Shown here piece by piece: positions 1 to 16,235 of a stretch of DNA of 64,000 nt. Positions within the stretch are counted from its first letter, which is position 1. The number at the start of each line of letters is the position of its first letter. A model generated the notes under the pieces. It ran no database searches. It saw only the letters and a program-made list of their open reading frames with translations, and was not told where the DNA came from. Position numbers and translations under genes: made by a program. Location of the stretch: the NCBI GenBank assembly GCA_043228905.1, contig JBHGNT010000012.1, positions 7,254,001 through 7,318,000 of the forward strand. Direction: 5' to 3'. Source of the stretch: Azolla caroliniana (Eukaryota > Plantae > Polypodiophyta).

Positions 1-3220
<3,220 letters not shown>

Positions 3221-4947
3221 ATCCCCTAGTTGACGATCTGTCTGACCGACACCAGGTTCTTTGTGATTGTCGGAAGATGTAAAACATTCATTAGCTTTCC
3301 CTTTTGTCCGACATGACTCAAAGGGACTTCTCTGACTTGCTTCATTGGGTGAGGAGTGTCATCTACGGTGTCGACAACTCCCGGTTGCTCCAATTTTTCA
3401 AGATATGAGAACCACTCTTCGTGGCTGGTCATGTGGTTCGATGATCGGAGTCAACAGACCACACTTCCTCCGATCCGGAAGCGGTCTTCTTCATTGAGTT
3501 CGCCTTGTGTTTCATCACAAAGGTTGGCCCCTTTTCCGGTCTTTCCAGTTCTAGATCCTTTTGATCCTTTGGCATAGTGCGAGCTTTGCCACCTCCCTTG
3601 TCCGGTCTTGCTGGATCCGGATTTATCCGAATTGGCACGCTTCTTCCAGCACTCGCTCTCCCAGTGGTCTTTCTTGCCACAATACCAACATTCCATCTCA
3701 GCCTTCGATTGCCGGTTTCCGGCACCGCCTTGACTCCCCCTGCTTGTGGAGGGTCCAGAACTGTTGTCGGCACTATCCTTGTGCCTCCAATTCTGCTCTT
3801 GTCGGCCACTGTTATTGTGTGCCAACTCACCTCGTCCACCACGACCATGGGGTCGATACGCCTCTGTGTACAACATTCGATTGTCTGGTTGAGTGGTCCT
3901 TGACCCACTCGCTTGGTTTTCCTCGACCATTAGCATCGATTGTAGGTCGAATAAGGACAATGGCTTCTCCCAGGTGCAAATCACTGTCCGGATAGGCCTG
4001 TTCCTTTGCGTTAGACCACCGAGGCAGATCTGGACCATCTCATCTTTGTCCACTGTCACATTGATGAACCCCAGTACATCGCAGATCTCCTTGATCTTGG
4101 TAGTGTAGGCCGTAACCGATATGTCCCTCTGTCGGATGTTGTTGAGCTTTTACCGGAGCTGCAACTTACGGGCTATGGTACTGGCGGCGACAATCTTTTT
4201 GAGAATTTGATCATGCACACAACACGCGACGCAATAGAGCACTTTGCTCGGTCCTTGCTCCCATGACGGGAAGTCATTGTGTCTAGACTTTGGTGCTACC
4301 TCGCTTGCTCCATCAACATAACTCCAATACTCGTGTCCCAACAAGTACTAGTGCATCTTGTACGACCAAGATGCATAATTGTTCTTGTCGAGCTTCTCAT
4401 TCGGAAGCGAGCTTGCCATTCCTCTGTCCATTTCTTTTCTTTTCGGTGTGTTCTGACCGGAAGTTAGGCTTCCTTTGTTTCAAAAGCACTTGTCGGCAGC
4501 AGAGGATATTCTAACTCTCACACTCTGATACCATGTAAAGAAATGTGTGCGGAAGCTTGTAGATGAAACCGACTTCACCGAATAGCAACAGAAAATATAC
4601 ACAAGTTTAATGGAAATCTTAAATCACACAGAGAGAGTACGCGGGAGAGACAGAGAGAGTAGAACAAAAATCAATTTCAAAATAATACTCAAAGACTTTG
4701 TACATACAATGTGCTCAGAGAGAACTTTTATACAAGTCCTAAAAGCACTGTTAAAGTACTAACAAGTATTTCAATGCTCGTACCGAGCTCCTGACACTAA
4801 CTCCTAGGATAACTACCTAATAGTCTAGGAGTGTAGACCTCCAACGGCCTACCAGTTCGCACATGGGTCCGGATCTCTTCTCCGGACACCGATCTAGCTC
4901 TGGCTTATTCAGCCGATCCGGATCAGGTTGAGCTTGTCCGCTCAAGA
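3221..4947 (-). mobile_element. Ty1/copia element, 5' part (LTR, PBS, gag, protease), interrupted by the element to its left
   Basis: Minus-strand gag (EKLDKNNY, MVQICLGGL, zinc knuckle CWYCGKKDHWESEC) and protease region (HMTSHEEWF). tRNA-iMet PBS TGGTATCAGAGT at 4533-4522. LTR 4534-4947 resembles the LTR at 45278-45646. Confidence 0.9.
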
Positions 4948-6468
4948 CATAGGTTTGGGTCGGTCGATTTGGCTATGTTCACCGCCCCTTTTGGATTGAT
5001 CGCCATGATTGGATACAAGTTATTGTACTTGTGCCTGTTTCCGATCTTTAGATTTCCTCAATTGATCATCCATGTCGACTCACTCAGAGTTGTTCTATAC
5101 CCGCCTTCGGCTAACATGCCAATGGAAACTAGACTCCTTTTTAGTGCGGGTATATGCCGAACTTGGCGTAGGGTGATCATATTGCCATTTGACAATCGGA
5201 TTGGTACTTCGCCAATTCTTGCAATTCTGCACTCCTACCCATTGCCTAGTCGGACTGTGCCGCTGCCGTCGGTCAAATAGTTTGAAAACCATTCGATGTT
5301 TGAGGTCACGTGGAATGTGGCATCGGAGTCCGGTAGCCACGTTCGTGCCATCTTGTGCATTGTATAGGACTTCTCCACTCTCTTTCCTCTTAATTGAAAA
5401 TAGTCAGAAACATTGTGGCCGACTTTTCTATAATGAGTGCAGAAACGACCTAATCGGCTATTTCTCGACTTCAACCATTGTGGTCTTCCCTCTTACCCGG
5501 TCGACTAGTGTTCTGACTGGTTCTGTCGGCTTGTTCTCTCGATCGACTTGGCCGAGTGGTGGGCTTCTACCGATTCATCGATGGTGAGTCCCATCGATTT
5601 TCGTCGAATGTCCTAGGTGAGAACTTGTCCTATTATCTCATCTAAGTTTAGATTTGGACAGTTATTGGCAAATGTCGTGCAGAATACCTTCCAACTCACC
5701 GGCAAGCTCGAGAGGAGAGCAAGGGCTTTAACGGGTCCGTATCTCTCATCGTCATGTTGAATTACTGTTGGATCAGTATCAACTTTGATGAGGAGGATTT
5801 CCTTTCGTACACCGCCTGTAACTTCTCCCACAATGACAACGTTGTCGTTTTGTTTGCCATGCTAAAATAGACGTTTTCAGCTAGATGCATATGAATGGTC
5901 GACCTGGCTATTTCATCCAAAGAGCGCCATTCTTCTGTTGTCATCGAGGTAGGCTTGCTGGTGTGTCGTATTGCCTCAATTTGACGTTGGATGATAAGTA
6001 CATCCTATATCATCTCCTTCCATATGGCACATTTTTTGTCGTCAAACTTTCTGATTTCAACCCCTGTACAGGATGTTGAAGCCATGTTCTCTTTTGAAAG
6101 TGAGATTTTACTAACCTGGTCTTTCCTTTCAACTTTTTTTGTTGTCTTGTTGCCATTGAATAGCAAGTTGCACTGATACTAGCTGTAGACAAGTATACAA
6201 ACAGATATGCGGAAGCGTGTATGAGGACTTGGTTGTATTATGCTCAACAAACAACACAAAAAATATGACAAAAGAAGAAACAGAAGCGTAGACACAGTTT
6301 GGAGCTATAATGGAAGTTCTTAATTCGTTCTCTCTATAACTCTACACTCAAAGATTCAAGAAGTTTATCGTTACAATGTTAGGGTTGAGCTTATATACTC
6401 AAGCCCTAACTAGAGGATGTGTTCACACTACAATTACAAAGTGGAAGGAGTCGCCCTTTAATGACAAC
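4948..6468 (-). mobile_element. Degenerate Tnt1-like copia, 5' part (LTR, gag, protease)
   Basis: Minus-strand gag fragments (EEWRSLDEIARSTIHMHL, ALALLSSLP) and protease-like WLPDSDATFHVT. Decayed PBS near 6170-6182. Putative LTR TG...CA at 6184-6468. Confidence 0.75.
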
Positions 6469-7088
6469 ATTTGGCACCCAAGGAAGAGAGCATCTTGGTC
6501 GACATGTCAATCCTCTCAATGTGATAGTTACATCCTCGTGCGTTTCCTTTAGTATTGTAAGTGATTGCATCTGAGAAGTGTCGTATACGGTATAACAACC
6601 TAACATATTTAATAAAACCATAGAGACACCAATCAAATAAAAATGTAGCTCCATTGGTAACGGTAGCCCAACAAGACCAACAGGTAATGCAGTCAACAGG
6701 CCTACATTCCACACAAGCATCAACAAAATTAGCGAGATTTTGAATCCAGATAGGTGTGCATGTAAAACAGAATATGACATCTCAGGTATTGCAAAACATC
6801 TTAATTAAACAACATTTTTATTATTTTGCTGACGCATATCATCAACCATAAGTGACATGCATATGTTCAGAATTTGATTTTCTCACTTCAAAGATAATTA
6901 CAGTATACATCAGTTGAAAATGGCATGAATATACATATTTCCTTTAATAATGGTGAACATACCGATTGATCTATCACATCTGTAATGTTCTATTTCTATT
7001 GGCAGATATAGCCCATGAAATAGACCAACAATTTGACATAGATAGTCGTGATGATGTAGCACATCTGTACTGATAATGTCCTCCTAAG

Positions 7089-10000
7089 TCATAAATCTGT
7101 CGGGAAAAAACCATTAACTGACATTCCCCCATCGATAGTGATGATTTGACCAGTCACATATCCTGCACTTGGCAAGCACAAGAATGCTGCAATGGAGGCA
7201 ACCTCAAACGGCTCTCCGACACGCCGTAGAGGTGTTCGACTTATAATTTGCCTCATCAAATCCTCGCCTTTCAATACCTGTGCGAAGGAAATCGGGTGAA
7301 ATGAAGTTATGCATATGCTCATCCTAAGGATTGGTAAGAAGGAAGGAAAGAAATCCATATGCAGCGAGAGAAAGGTACCAAATCATTAAATGGTTGAAAT
7401 CATTACCATTACCACCTAATGGCATTGAAAAGAAGAAAGTAGTACAAATGCTTCCACTAACAGCTAGTTTTTCAACATTTTTAGAAACATTCAGATATTT
7501 TGTTTACCATCACTTTTCGAACAGATCACTCAATTTGAAAGAAAGTTTAGGAATTTGCTAGCACTGTTTCGCCAATAAGGGGCTAGAGTATTGTACATTA
7601 AAACATCTTTAAAAGTTATGTGTTTTTGATAGAGAAAAAACCTGATTAGCAAGTTCTGTTTTGATATACCACGGGGCTACTGTATTCACTCTAATCCCAT
7701 CCTTGGCCCACTCGCAAGCAAGATTTTTTGTAACCTGATTCATTGCACCTGCACAAAATCGCATAAAACTGTGTGATAAAAAAGCACCAAATTCAGGACA
7801 CTTGCATATTCATAAGCTGGAATCATGTCTCACTGCACACTTTAGTAGCTTTATTGAGGAAGAAGAACCCTTACACACCCCTTAGATTTCATTTATTTCC
7901 CCAAATGCACCTCAGTTTGCATTATTTCCAGAAATGCCCTTGGTCAACCCTGCTCAAGCAAAATTGTATGTACTACTTTAGCAATTATACGGTCATTTCA
8001 TCCACTTTTCTTCTCTTTTGGAGTTCAGAAGAGGCATTTGGGGAATTAAGAAAAACTCTCAAGTAGTATTTCAGAGTTTTTCCATTCTAATAACATCCCA
8101 CACAAGTTTCCATGCTTTAATATACTTTTAACAAATCTCTTAAAATGTAGATTTTGACAAACAGTACTAAGGAGAATTGACCAATCAAATCCTCCCTTTG
8201 TTGGGTAAGAAGTAGAACTTCCTAGTTATATATTAAATCATTTCCTCTTTACTCTAATTTCTATGGTATGCGAGACAAGAACTTAGCATCATTTCAGATT
8301 TTAATTTGATAATGTTCCTTAATCTTGATGGGATTTGATGAGTTTATGCAACATATTTAAATGATGAGCTTGCAACCCATAAGCTTTTCAAATTTTAAGT
8401 AAGATCTCTTTTCAAATTTGATGGTCAAGACCCCAGTAGATTCAACTAATTCTTCCATTCAAGCTAAGTTTCAAAACAACAAATGTTTGCATGCAGAAAA
8501 AATGTGTGTACAATAGTTGGGAAAGAGAAATCTCGTCAAACCTTGAGAGGGAATAAGGATTTTCATTATTTTATGAGCTCATGGTTGATAATGCACAATT
8601 TCCCTTTCAGCTGTGTTTTCAAGCTGAAATTGCAGAAAGGAAAGCACAATATTGCTGGAAAAACTCTTATAAATATATTCCTTTTTGCTTTTGCAGCATC
8701 ACATTTCATCATGGGATTTCAATTGGAAGGTGAAACAGTTCAGAGTTTCCACCCAATCAAACACACTTCACGCAATCAAAAGATACAGAAATGCCTTTTA
8801 TATGTTTGTGTCTGTGAATGCTTCTTCCTTCAAAATGAAATACATTTCACACAATATATGTGTATGTACATATATAAATTTTTAATATATATCTAAAAAT
8901 CACATTTCATCATGGGATTTCAATTGGAAGGTGAAACAGTTCAGAGTTTCCACCCAATCAAACACACTTCACGCAATCAAAAGATACAGAAATGCCTTTT
9001 ATATGTTTGTGTCTGTGAATGCTTCTTCCTTCAAAATGAAATACATTTCACACAATATATGTGTATGTACATATATAAATTTTTAATATATATCTAAAAA
9101 TACATACATATAACATATAGAATGGTATATAAACACGTGGTATGTGCATATAGTAGATACACACACATATACATGCATACTTAATAATTTATATATTTAC
9201 AAACCACAAACACACACACGTGTGTATGATACTAGATAGACAAATAGAGAGAGCACTGTAAATCTTTCTTAACGACTATAATACATAGTGCATATAAGAG
9301 AGCATTGTAAATCTTTCTTAACGACTATAATACATAGTGCATATAATATCAATGCTCGCATATTCAAATTAATTTTCCAAGCTTCAACTCAAGGTTTTAC
9401 CACTATCCTAAGCTGTTGTTATGCATGCCTGGCAAAAGAAAAAAGGAATTCATGGAAATGTACCTTTGGATGCAGCATATGGAGTTCCAGAATGAATTGC
9501 AACAACACCAGCTACAGATGAAATAAAAATCACATTTCCCTTCCCAGAGGCTTTAAGAAGAGGATGTGCTAGTTGTGTATTGTGATAGGCTGACTCAAAA
9601 TTTGTTGACATAATGTGTGTGAATTCTTCAGATGTATAGTCTACCGTCCGCTTCCTGAAGTTCGTGCCAGCATTATTCACCTGAAGCCAAGGGGGCAAAA
9701 ACCAACAAAGACACATGAAAGCTGCTGCTATATAGTAAATACTTCCTAGTTAGCTTTGTTGTTCAATTTCTAGTAAGCAACATGCGAGGAAAGTCCGAAA
9801 ATCACAAGAAACATGGGTAACAAAAAAAAGTAGACACGATGCTTCACGGTTATCTTTATATACCAATTTCTAGATGACATCTAGCAGCAAACTTATTTGA
9901 AAATCATAACAAACTAAAACCAAGAACAATCAAATGCACATTACACATAAGCAATTATTAATTCCTGTCTCTTTCATTCGAACATTACTTTCAAAGCAAG

Positions 10001-10813
10001 GGCCATCAGGTTACAGGGGCCTTGCAAACTTCATTGTAGTACTTATAACAAAGAGAAAAAAAAATGCTACATCCAAGAAAGGAACTTGCCAAGATATTGA
10101 GTTTTCCATCAAAGCATGAGGACACACGTTGAAACAAAGCTACTCTCTCTTCTCGATGAGAGACATCACAAGTTGAGCCTTTGACGGAGAATCCTTCACC
10201 TTCCCACTCTCTTAGGCACCTATTCAAATCGTCTTCAGAACGAGCACATGTGTATACATGCGCTCCAAGCCTACATAACTCCTCCACAATGGCTCTCCTG
10301 AGATAAAGAAGATTCTACATCAATTAAACATGTGGTTACATTTGAGACCCAATTTAGGGTCTCAAAAACAGAAGCTCTACAATCTATTTTTCATTACCCC
10401 TTCAAATGAGGCTTAACAACAGAGAAAAACTTTCTGGTATGCATCAAATATTAGCTAAAAGTATGTATCAAATATTAACTAAATTTTTATTCATCAAATT
10501 TTCAAAATTTTGCAAAAACAAAGGACACAATTTCTGCCTTCAAATGAAGTGACCTATATATTCTCTCTAAAGTTTGCCAAATTTTGAAACTTAACCTGAC
10601 ATTAGGATACAAATATTTAGCCTGAATGATTAAAATGATCATCGGATGCTAGCATACAGCAGACAATATTACTTAGATATTTAAGATGGTATGCTTGGAG
10701 AAAGCGAAAACGGAATCTTACCCAATACCACGTGTTCCTCCAGTGACAAGGGCAGTCTGACCTGCTAGAGACCATCTGGCAGAGAAAGAAGAGGAATCTT
10801 GTGGAGAGGACAT
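7089..10813 (-). CDS. Tropinone reductase-like short-chain dehydrogenase/reductase, 5 coding exons, ~270 aa
   Basis: Exons 10813-10722, 10297-10090, 9680-9464, 7748-7642 and 7277-7089 total 813 nt and join in frame. Motifs: [61 protein letters not shown]. Intron 2 is GC-AG. Confidence 0.93.
8698..9101. repeat. 201-bp tandem duplication in intron 3 of the SDR gene
   Basis: ATCACATTTCATCATGGG...ATATATCTAAAAA occurs at 8698 and 8899 and looks identical by eye. Confidence 0.9.
9247..9345. repeat. ~48-bp tandem duplication (intronic)
   Basis: AGAGAGCA(C/T)TGTAAATCTTTCTTAACGACTATAATACATAGTGCATATAA occurs twice in tandem. Confidence 0.8.
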
Positions 10814-11355
10814 GTCTGTTCAAATATCCTGAAGAGAGCGAGAGAAAAATTAAAGAGATATACAATGGAAACACATAAAGCGAAGAGGAGACATTTTGTC
10901 CACAAAGCTCAAAACACGATGATGACAAATACATTTTAATGCGAAGAAACCAGAAGAAAGGAGGGGAGAGACATTTCAAACATTCAAGGGAGACCGAAAT
11001 ACAATGTATGGGGTGAGGCCAAGCGCATGGATCGAGCTCAAGCTCTATCGATTCTGCGCAGAGTTAAATGCAAACCGCCAAGCTAACAGCCAGCAAGGTC
11101 TTGGGACGAGAGAATAAGCACACATTCAAATACTGTATACAATTCTACAGAATCAATTGCCAAGGGAATTGGGACTGGGGAAGCTGCTGCTTATTTAAAA
11201 ACAAAACAATCAAACAGAATCCTTTGATCTTAAACAGCAGTTTCAGATGGTTTGGTTTCCGCAGAGTCTGACAAACCAACCTGAAGACGAAAAACACCTC
11301 AGAATTGAAACGTCTGCTGCAGCTCCTTCTCCTTCTCGTTCTTCTTCTTCCTTAT

Positions 11356-11386
<31 letters not shown>

Positions 11387-12808
11387 ACCAAGGAATACGA
11401 TAAATTTACACTCGATATAAATGGATCACCCCACGAGAGCCACTACCATCTAAAATGTTGTATTATAAGGAACACTTCATGCAAGTTCTCTAAGTTAGGT
11501 TTTATTACACGACCAAAATATCTAGATACATTCTCATCAAATGCAGTAAGGGGTGCCATTGGACAACTTAGGATATCTTTTCACCAACTTGAGATTGAGA
11601 ATGGTTATACTAATAGAGTCCCTAGAGAGGAAATGATATGTAGATTTTGTCACATAGAGATAGAGGATGAGTATAGAAGGAGGTAAAGGAAACATTACAA
11701 GACTATATATTACATACCAAAAACCTATCATTTTGAGCCTAACAACAATTAAATGTTTGATGACAAATTAAGGAGTAGGTTCATTAACGGGTTCATTAGC
11801 GAAGGGTATCCAATGGGAGGTTTGGATAAGAACCCCTAGATTACCAACTTATCTAAATTTTCTACTTACACTAGTCATTTTGTCCTGAAAACCTGCACAT
11901 CCACAAGTAGGAATTTGCTTAGCTAGCTAGAATATGACTTACCCATAGGCCACAAACATTTCCCAAATGCTCATGCGAATGTGGAAGATGATAAGGTTTT
12001 CTCACACTTCTGAGAAGTGAATAGGGAACACATCCTTGTCTAACACTAGGAAGTGAGCAAAGAGGGTCATCCACAAGGCAAGGGGACTCACAACGACATC
12101 CCAAAATAAAGTGTTTTAATTGTCAAGGCCCTCACATGGTCAAAGAATGACCAACCAAACAATTGTCATAATTGTGTTGCCAATATGTCACAATATAGTC
12201 AAGGAGGCATTTCACTATTGACTAAGCCCTCCACCTCTTCTGATCAACAAACGGAGGATTTAATCTCATCGTTTCAACGAGAAGGATTTTCGCATCAAAC
12301 AATTAGTAATGGACTTATGAAAATGACATTATCTATATGTGACAAGGTAATAAGGCCTATCCAATCTATGTGCTACTTATCCCTTCAAGCATGTCCAATC
12401 AATCATGATTGTGTTTGAAACCAAGTGGCTTGTTTGCAACCCTAACGATGGCTATGAATATAATTGAGACATTGGTCAATGGCCACCAATTTGTACCACA
12501 TGTGATCCATCATCAACCCCTCATCAATGATGAATTGGGTTCATGCATTGACCACAATTCAGGATTTCCCATTTTTACCTTACATTTGTGTGAATGTCTC
12601 TTCATTGTTTGGTGAATGCATCTTTGTAGGAATTGTAGCAAATGTTGTGCCGGAAAATGGGAGGTAGCATAGATGGTTGTCAAGATTATTGAGTTGTCCA
12701 TATTTGGATTGCTTACTGTTGTCTCCGCCAATGTGAAATACACATAATGGAACTAACTCCTTTCTTCTAACACAATGGTCCTTCTTAAATTATTCGTGGT
12801 TATATTAT

Positions 12809-13831
12809 GGGAAAAGTACCAGGATACCCCTGGAAGTTCCAAATTTACCAAACTACCCCTATGTCCAAAAAAATACACTTTATAAAGCAATTATACACTC
12901 AAATCTACAAGCCCTATTTACTAGAATACCCTTCAAACACAAATTTCTTTATGTAAGCGATTCTTTGGGTCCTTAATGTAGTCTTTCTTTTCTTTCTTGT
13001 TCATTAGGTTCATCAATCGTCTTCATCATCAGAATATGGGGTTACCTTGTGCATTATTAGATATTTTGTTGAGTCGATAGATATGTTTGATTTTGTGAAT
13101 ATTTTTGGAATTACACTTTTTGTAGACAGATCAAAATTAACATGTAATTATTACATTTCGATAATTAATTTTGGTTTGCAAGTATTTTTGAAATTGAGGA
13201 GATTTAGTTGTGATTGCATTTTGCTAACAAAATTTAGTGTAAAATCATGAAATTTGGTTTAAGATGGCATTTTAATAGCAAAGTGTTATGTGAGATTTCG
13301 TTTAAAATGACATTTTGGTAGCAAAGTTTTCCGTGAGATTTGGTTTAACATTTTGGCTGCAAATTGTTTGTGAATCCGCAAATTCATGGATTTTGGCTTC
13401 AAAATGGCATCCCAATGGTAAAATTTGGTGGGCGATCAAATGTTTTGGTTTTAAGATTAAGTTTTGGTCACTTCAATCACAAATTTTGGTTTTATGGGAT
13501 TAAGCCAGTATAACTCGGTGTAAATTCATATAATTGGATTTTAAGGTGACCTTTCAATTGAAATTTTTGATATATAGCATAATTTTGATAATTTAGTTTG
13601 ATTTATGATGTATTTGAAAAATAAAAGTGGTATAAATTGGTCAAAATAGGTATATAGTGGCATCATGGTAAATAAGTTTAGGTTTAAGGGTACTCTAGTA
13701 AATAAGGCTTGTAGATTTGAGTGTATAATTACTTTATAAAGTGTATTTTTTTGGACATAGGGGTACTTTGGTCAATTTGGAACTTCTAGGGGCATTCTGG
13801 TAAATAGACAAACTTCCCTGGTACTTTTCCC
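12809..13831. mobile_element. Non-autonomous Mutator-like (MULE) DNA transposon
   Basis: ~130-bp terminal inverted repeats starting GGGAAAAGTACCAGG and ending CCTGGTACTTTTCCC. Flanks TTATATTAT and TATTATTAT match at 7/9, consistent with a decayed 9-bp TSD. No transposase ORF. Confidence 0.8.
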
Positions 13832-13866
13832 TATTATTATTTAGTCTACTTAGTTTCTTGATCACT

Positions 13867-14075
13867 TTGGTGTTTCTTGGTTGAGCTAAGCCTACTTCAA
13901 AATATTTATTTAAGAATTGTTTGTTTTTAAAATGAATTTTAAAATGTGATGGATTTACTTTGTTGGTTTTAACTTTTCACATTGGTGTTTCTTGCTTGAG
14001 CTAAGCCTACTCCACAATATTTATTCAAGAATTGATTGTTTTAAGATGAATTTAAAAATGTGATGGATTTACTAT
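13867..14075. repeat. Diverged ~115-bp tandem duplication
   Basis: TTGGTGTTTCTTG.TTGAGCTAAGCCTACT...AAAATGTGATGGATTTACT at ~13867 and ~13982. Confidence 0.75.
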
Positions 14076-14279
14076 TTTAGTTTAAATGTATAAGTGGTAC
14101 TTTTAGATAAAACGTAAAAGGAGTACTAAAACATAAAATATGCTTATCTTTATGAGGTTTGCACGATTCTTGTAACTTGAACTGTTTACAATATTAAGAC
14201 CTAATCTTGTGGTCTTGAGTACACACACAGGAAATATGGAAGCAAAGTTTATGAATACTAGCTCACAACAAAAGTTATG

Positions 14280-14700
14280 GAGAGGCCTCATGGGTGGCAG
14301 CCCAATGGTTCACGACCAACCAAGAATCATGGTTTGCCCAATTCAACGAATCGGGGCCCTTTACGTAATTGGAGCGAGGAACTATTAGGACGACCGATTC
14401 TCCATCCTAGTCACAAACAAAGTCAACATAGTTGAAGTCATTGTGGACCATGCAAGATCTTCCAAGGGAAGCCGATCTTGCCAATAGAGGTAATCATGGG
14501 GATTTGGGATCACCTTATCGCCTTCCTTCGTGGTTCATAGAAGATATTCAAGTCAAAACGGACTCAGCAACCAAGGCACAAGAAGCCTTCATTTTGAAAT
14601 GGAGTGGAACATCAATGCTACGATTGCAAGGCGGCAATATACAATGGTGCTATCTCCCGCCGAAATGGCTCTTCCCACCAAGGACTCCCCCCATGTGACA
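14280..14700 (+). mobile_element. Possible degenerate LINE ORF2 C-terminal fragment
   Basis: GC-richer island whose translation ends ...FILKWSG...IQWCYLPPKWLFPP, reminiscent of plant LINE ORF2 tails. This is recognition only and unverified. Confidence 0.3.
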
Positions 14701-15454
14701 ATCCCCCACCATCCCTAGACTATAGAAGGATCCCTCTAAGCTTCACATTTTTAGAGGTAATTGACGCCACAGAGCTCTATATGAGGCATGGCCCTTATAC
14801 ATATGATACCTCCTATATTTCTTCCTAACTAATGGTTAGCATATTTTTTTGGAATTATATATATATATATAAAGGCCTAATCAACTTTTGTCTCTTTTCT
14901 ACAATATCATTTTCTAACCCCATATCTCCCCTAACAAGTCCTAATTGATATATTGTGGCCCCATATCAAAGGATGGAAGGGCAAATAATGATTACAAATA
15001 AAACGACAATGCTCTACATATAGAGGACGCATTGCATTGTTTGAAATACCTCAATTCAAAGCCAATCTTCAATGCATCCTTGTAAATCTCACCTTTATTA
15101 ATAATAAAAATCATTTTCTCCTTATTTTCCTTTTCTTCTCACTCTTTTTCCATTTCACTATTGTTTTTGGTTTTGCCATGTGACGTGCACAATCCATTTA
15201 ATGTGAGGAAAGGCATGGCCCATGGGGCACGTGCAAGGAGACTCGTTGAAATACATACTTTCCGTTTGTTAAGTTTAAGATAATGAATAATTCACTTTCA
15301 TTCAATGGTCTACCTTTGAGTACATTCAAGTTTGCAACTTTCAATCTCATTGATCATATTGGATATAAAAAGTCCATCATTTGTAGTGTGAGAATGTGTA
15401 CACATCCATATCCCCTACAACAAAGGTTTGTTAACAAAATTAGAGTGTACTGAA

Positions 15455-15709
15455 AGTCTTGCTCCATTAAGTGAACTAGGCCTACAAAACTAGATTCGAA
15501 AGAGATAAGACCAAGATCTGAGTTTATCTTATCCAATGTTTAATTTCTGGTAATATCATGTAAAAGATATCTCATTTCAATGAAGCAAGGGTCAATTTTG
15601 GTATCTTGCTTCATTACATGAACTAGGCCTTAAAAACTAGATTCAAACAAGATAACACCAAGAAAGGAGTTCACCATCCAACTTTGAATTTCTGATAGTG
15701 TCATGTAAA
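15455..15709. repeat. Diverged ~147-bp tandem duplication
   Basis: TCTTGCT.CATTA..TGAACTAGGCCT..AAAACTAGATTC...TCATGTAAA occurs twice. Confidence 0.65.
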
Positions 15710-16235
15710 TTACACAACGCCATCACATACACTCGGCACATGATGTCTTATTTTCTTCTCATATTATACAATGAACTCTAAAAGTGAACCTCCAAATCCC
15801 TACATTGCTACAATTCAGTTCGAGCTAGGCATTCAGTTATTGAGTCTCATTATCCATATCATAGTATAACAAGAATGTTTACAACCAATATCTCCCTCAA
15901 TTCATTACTCTAAACTGATCCTTAAGATACAAATATTACTCCACCTTACTTGAGACGGGAATTCACGTCGGTCACCATCATCAGAGTCCGAAACCTCCTC
16001 TTATTCACATTTTATAATCTCATCTCTACTTGAAGATTCATTTCATCATTTGTGACAGTTAGGAACATGGTTTCAATAAGGTCATTGTCACCCCAGAGGA
16101 AAACAGCCAGGAATACAGAATTTCCAATACTATTATGAAACAAATAAATATAGGGCGGAGAAATTGAATGCATGTGAGAACGTATGACATGTCCAAAAGA
16201 AAAAAAGAAAACGAAAAACACAAACTTGCAAAAAA

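Noticed and set aside
12100-12150. Zinc-knuckle-like KCFNCQGPHMVKE remnant
   Set aside because: Too short and decayed to define an element, with no flanking LTR or pol seen.
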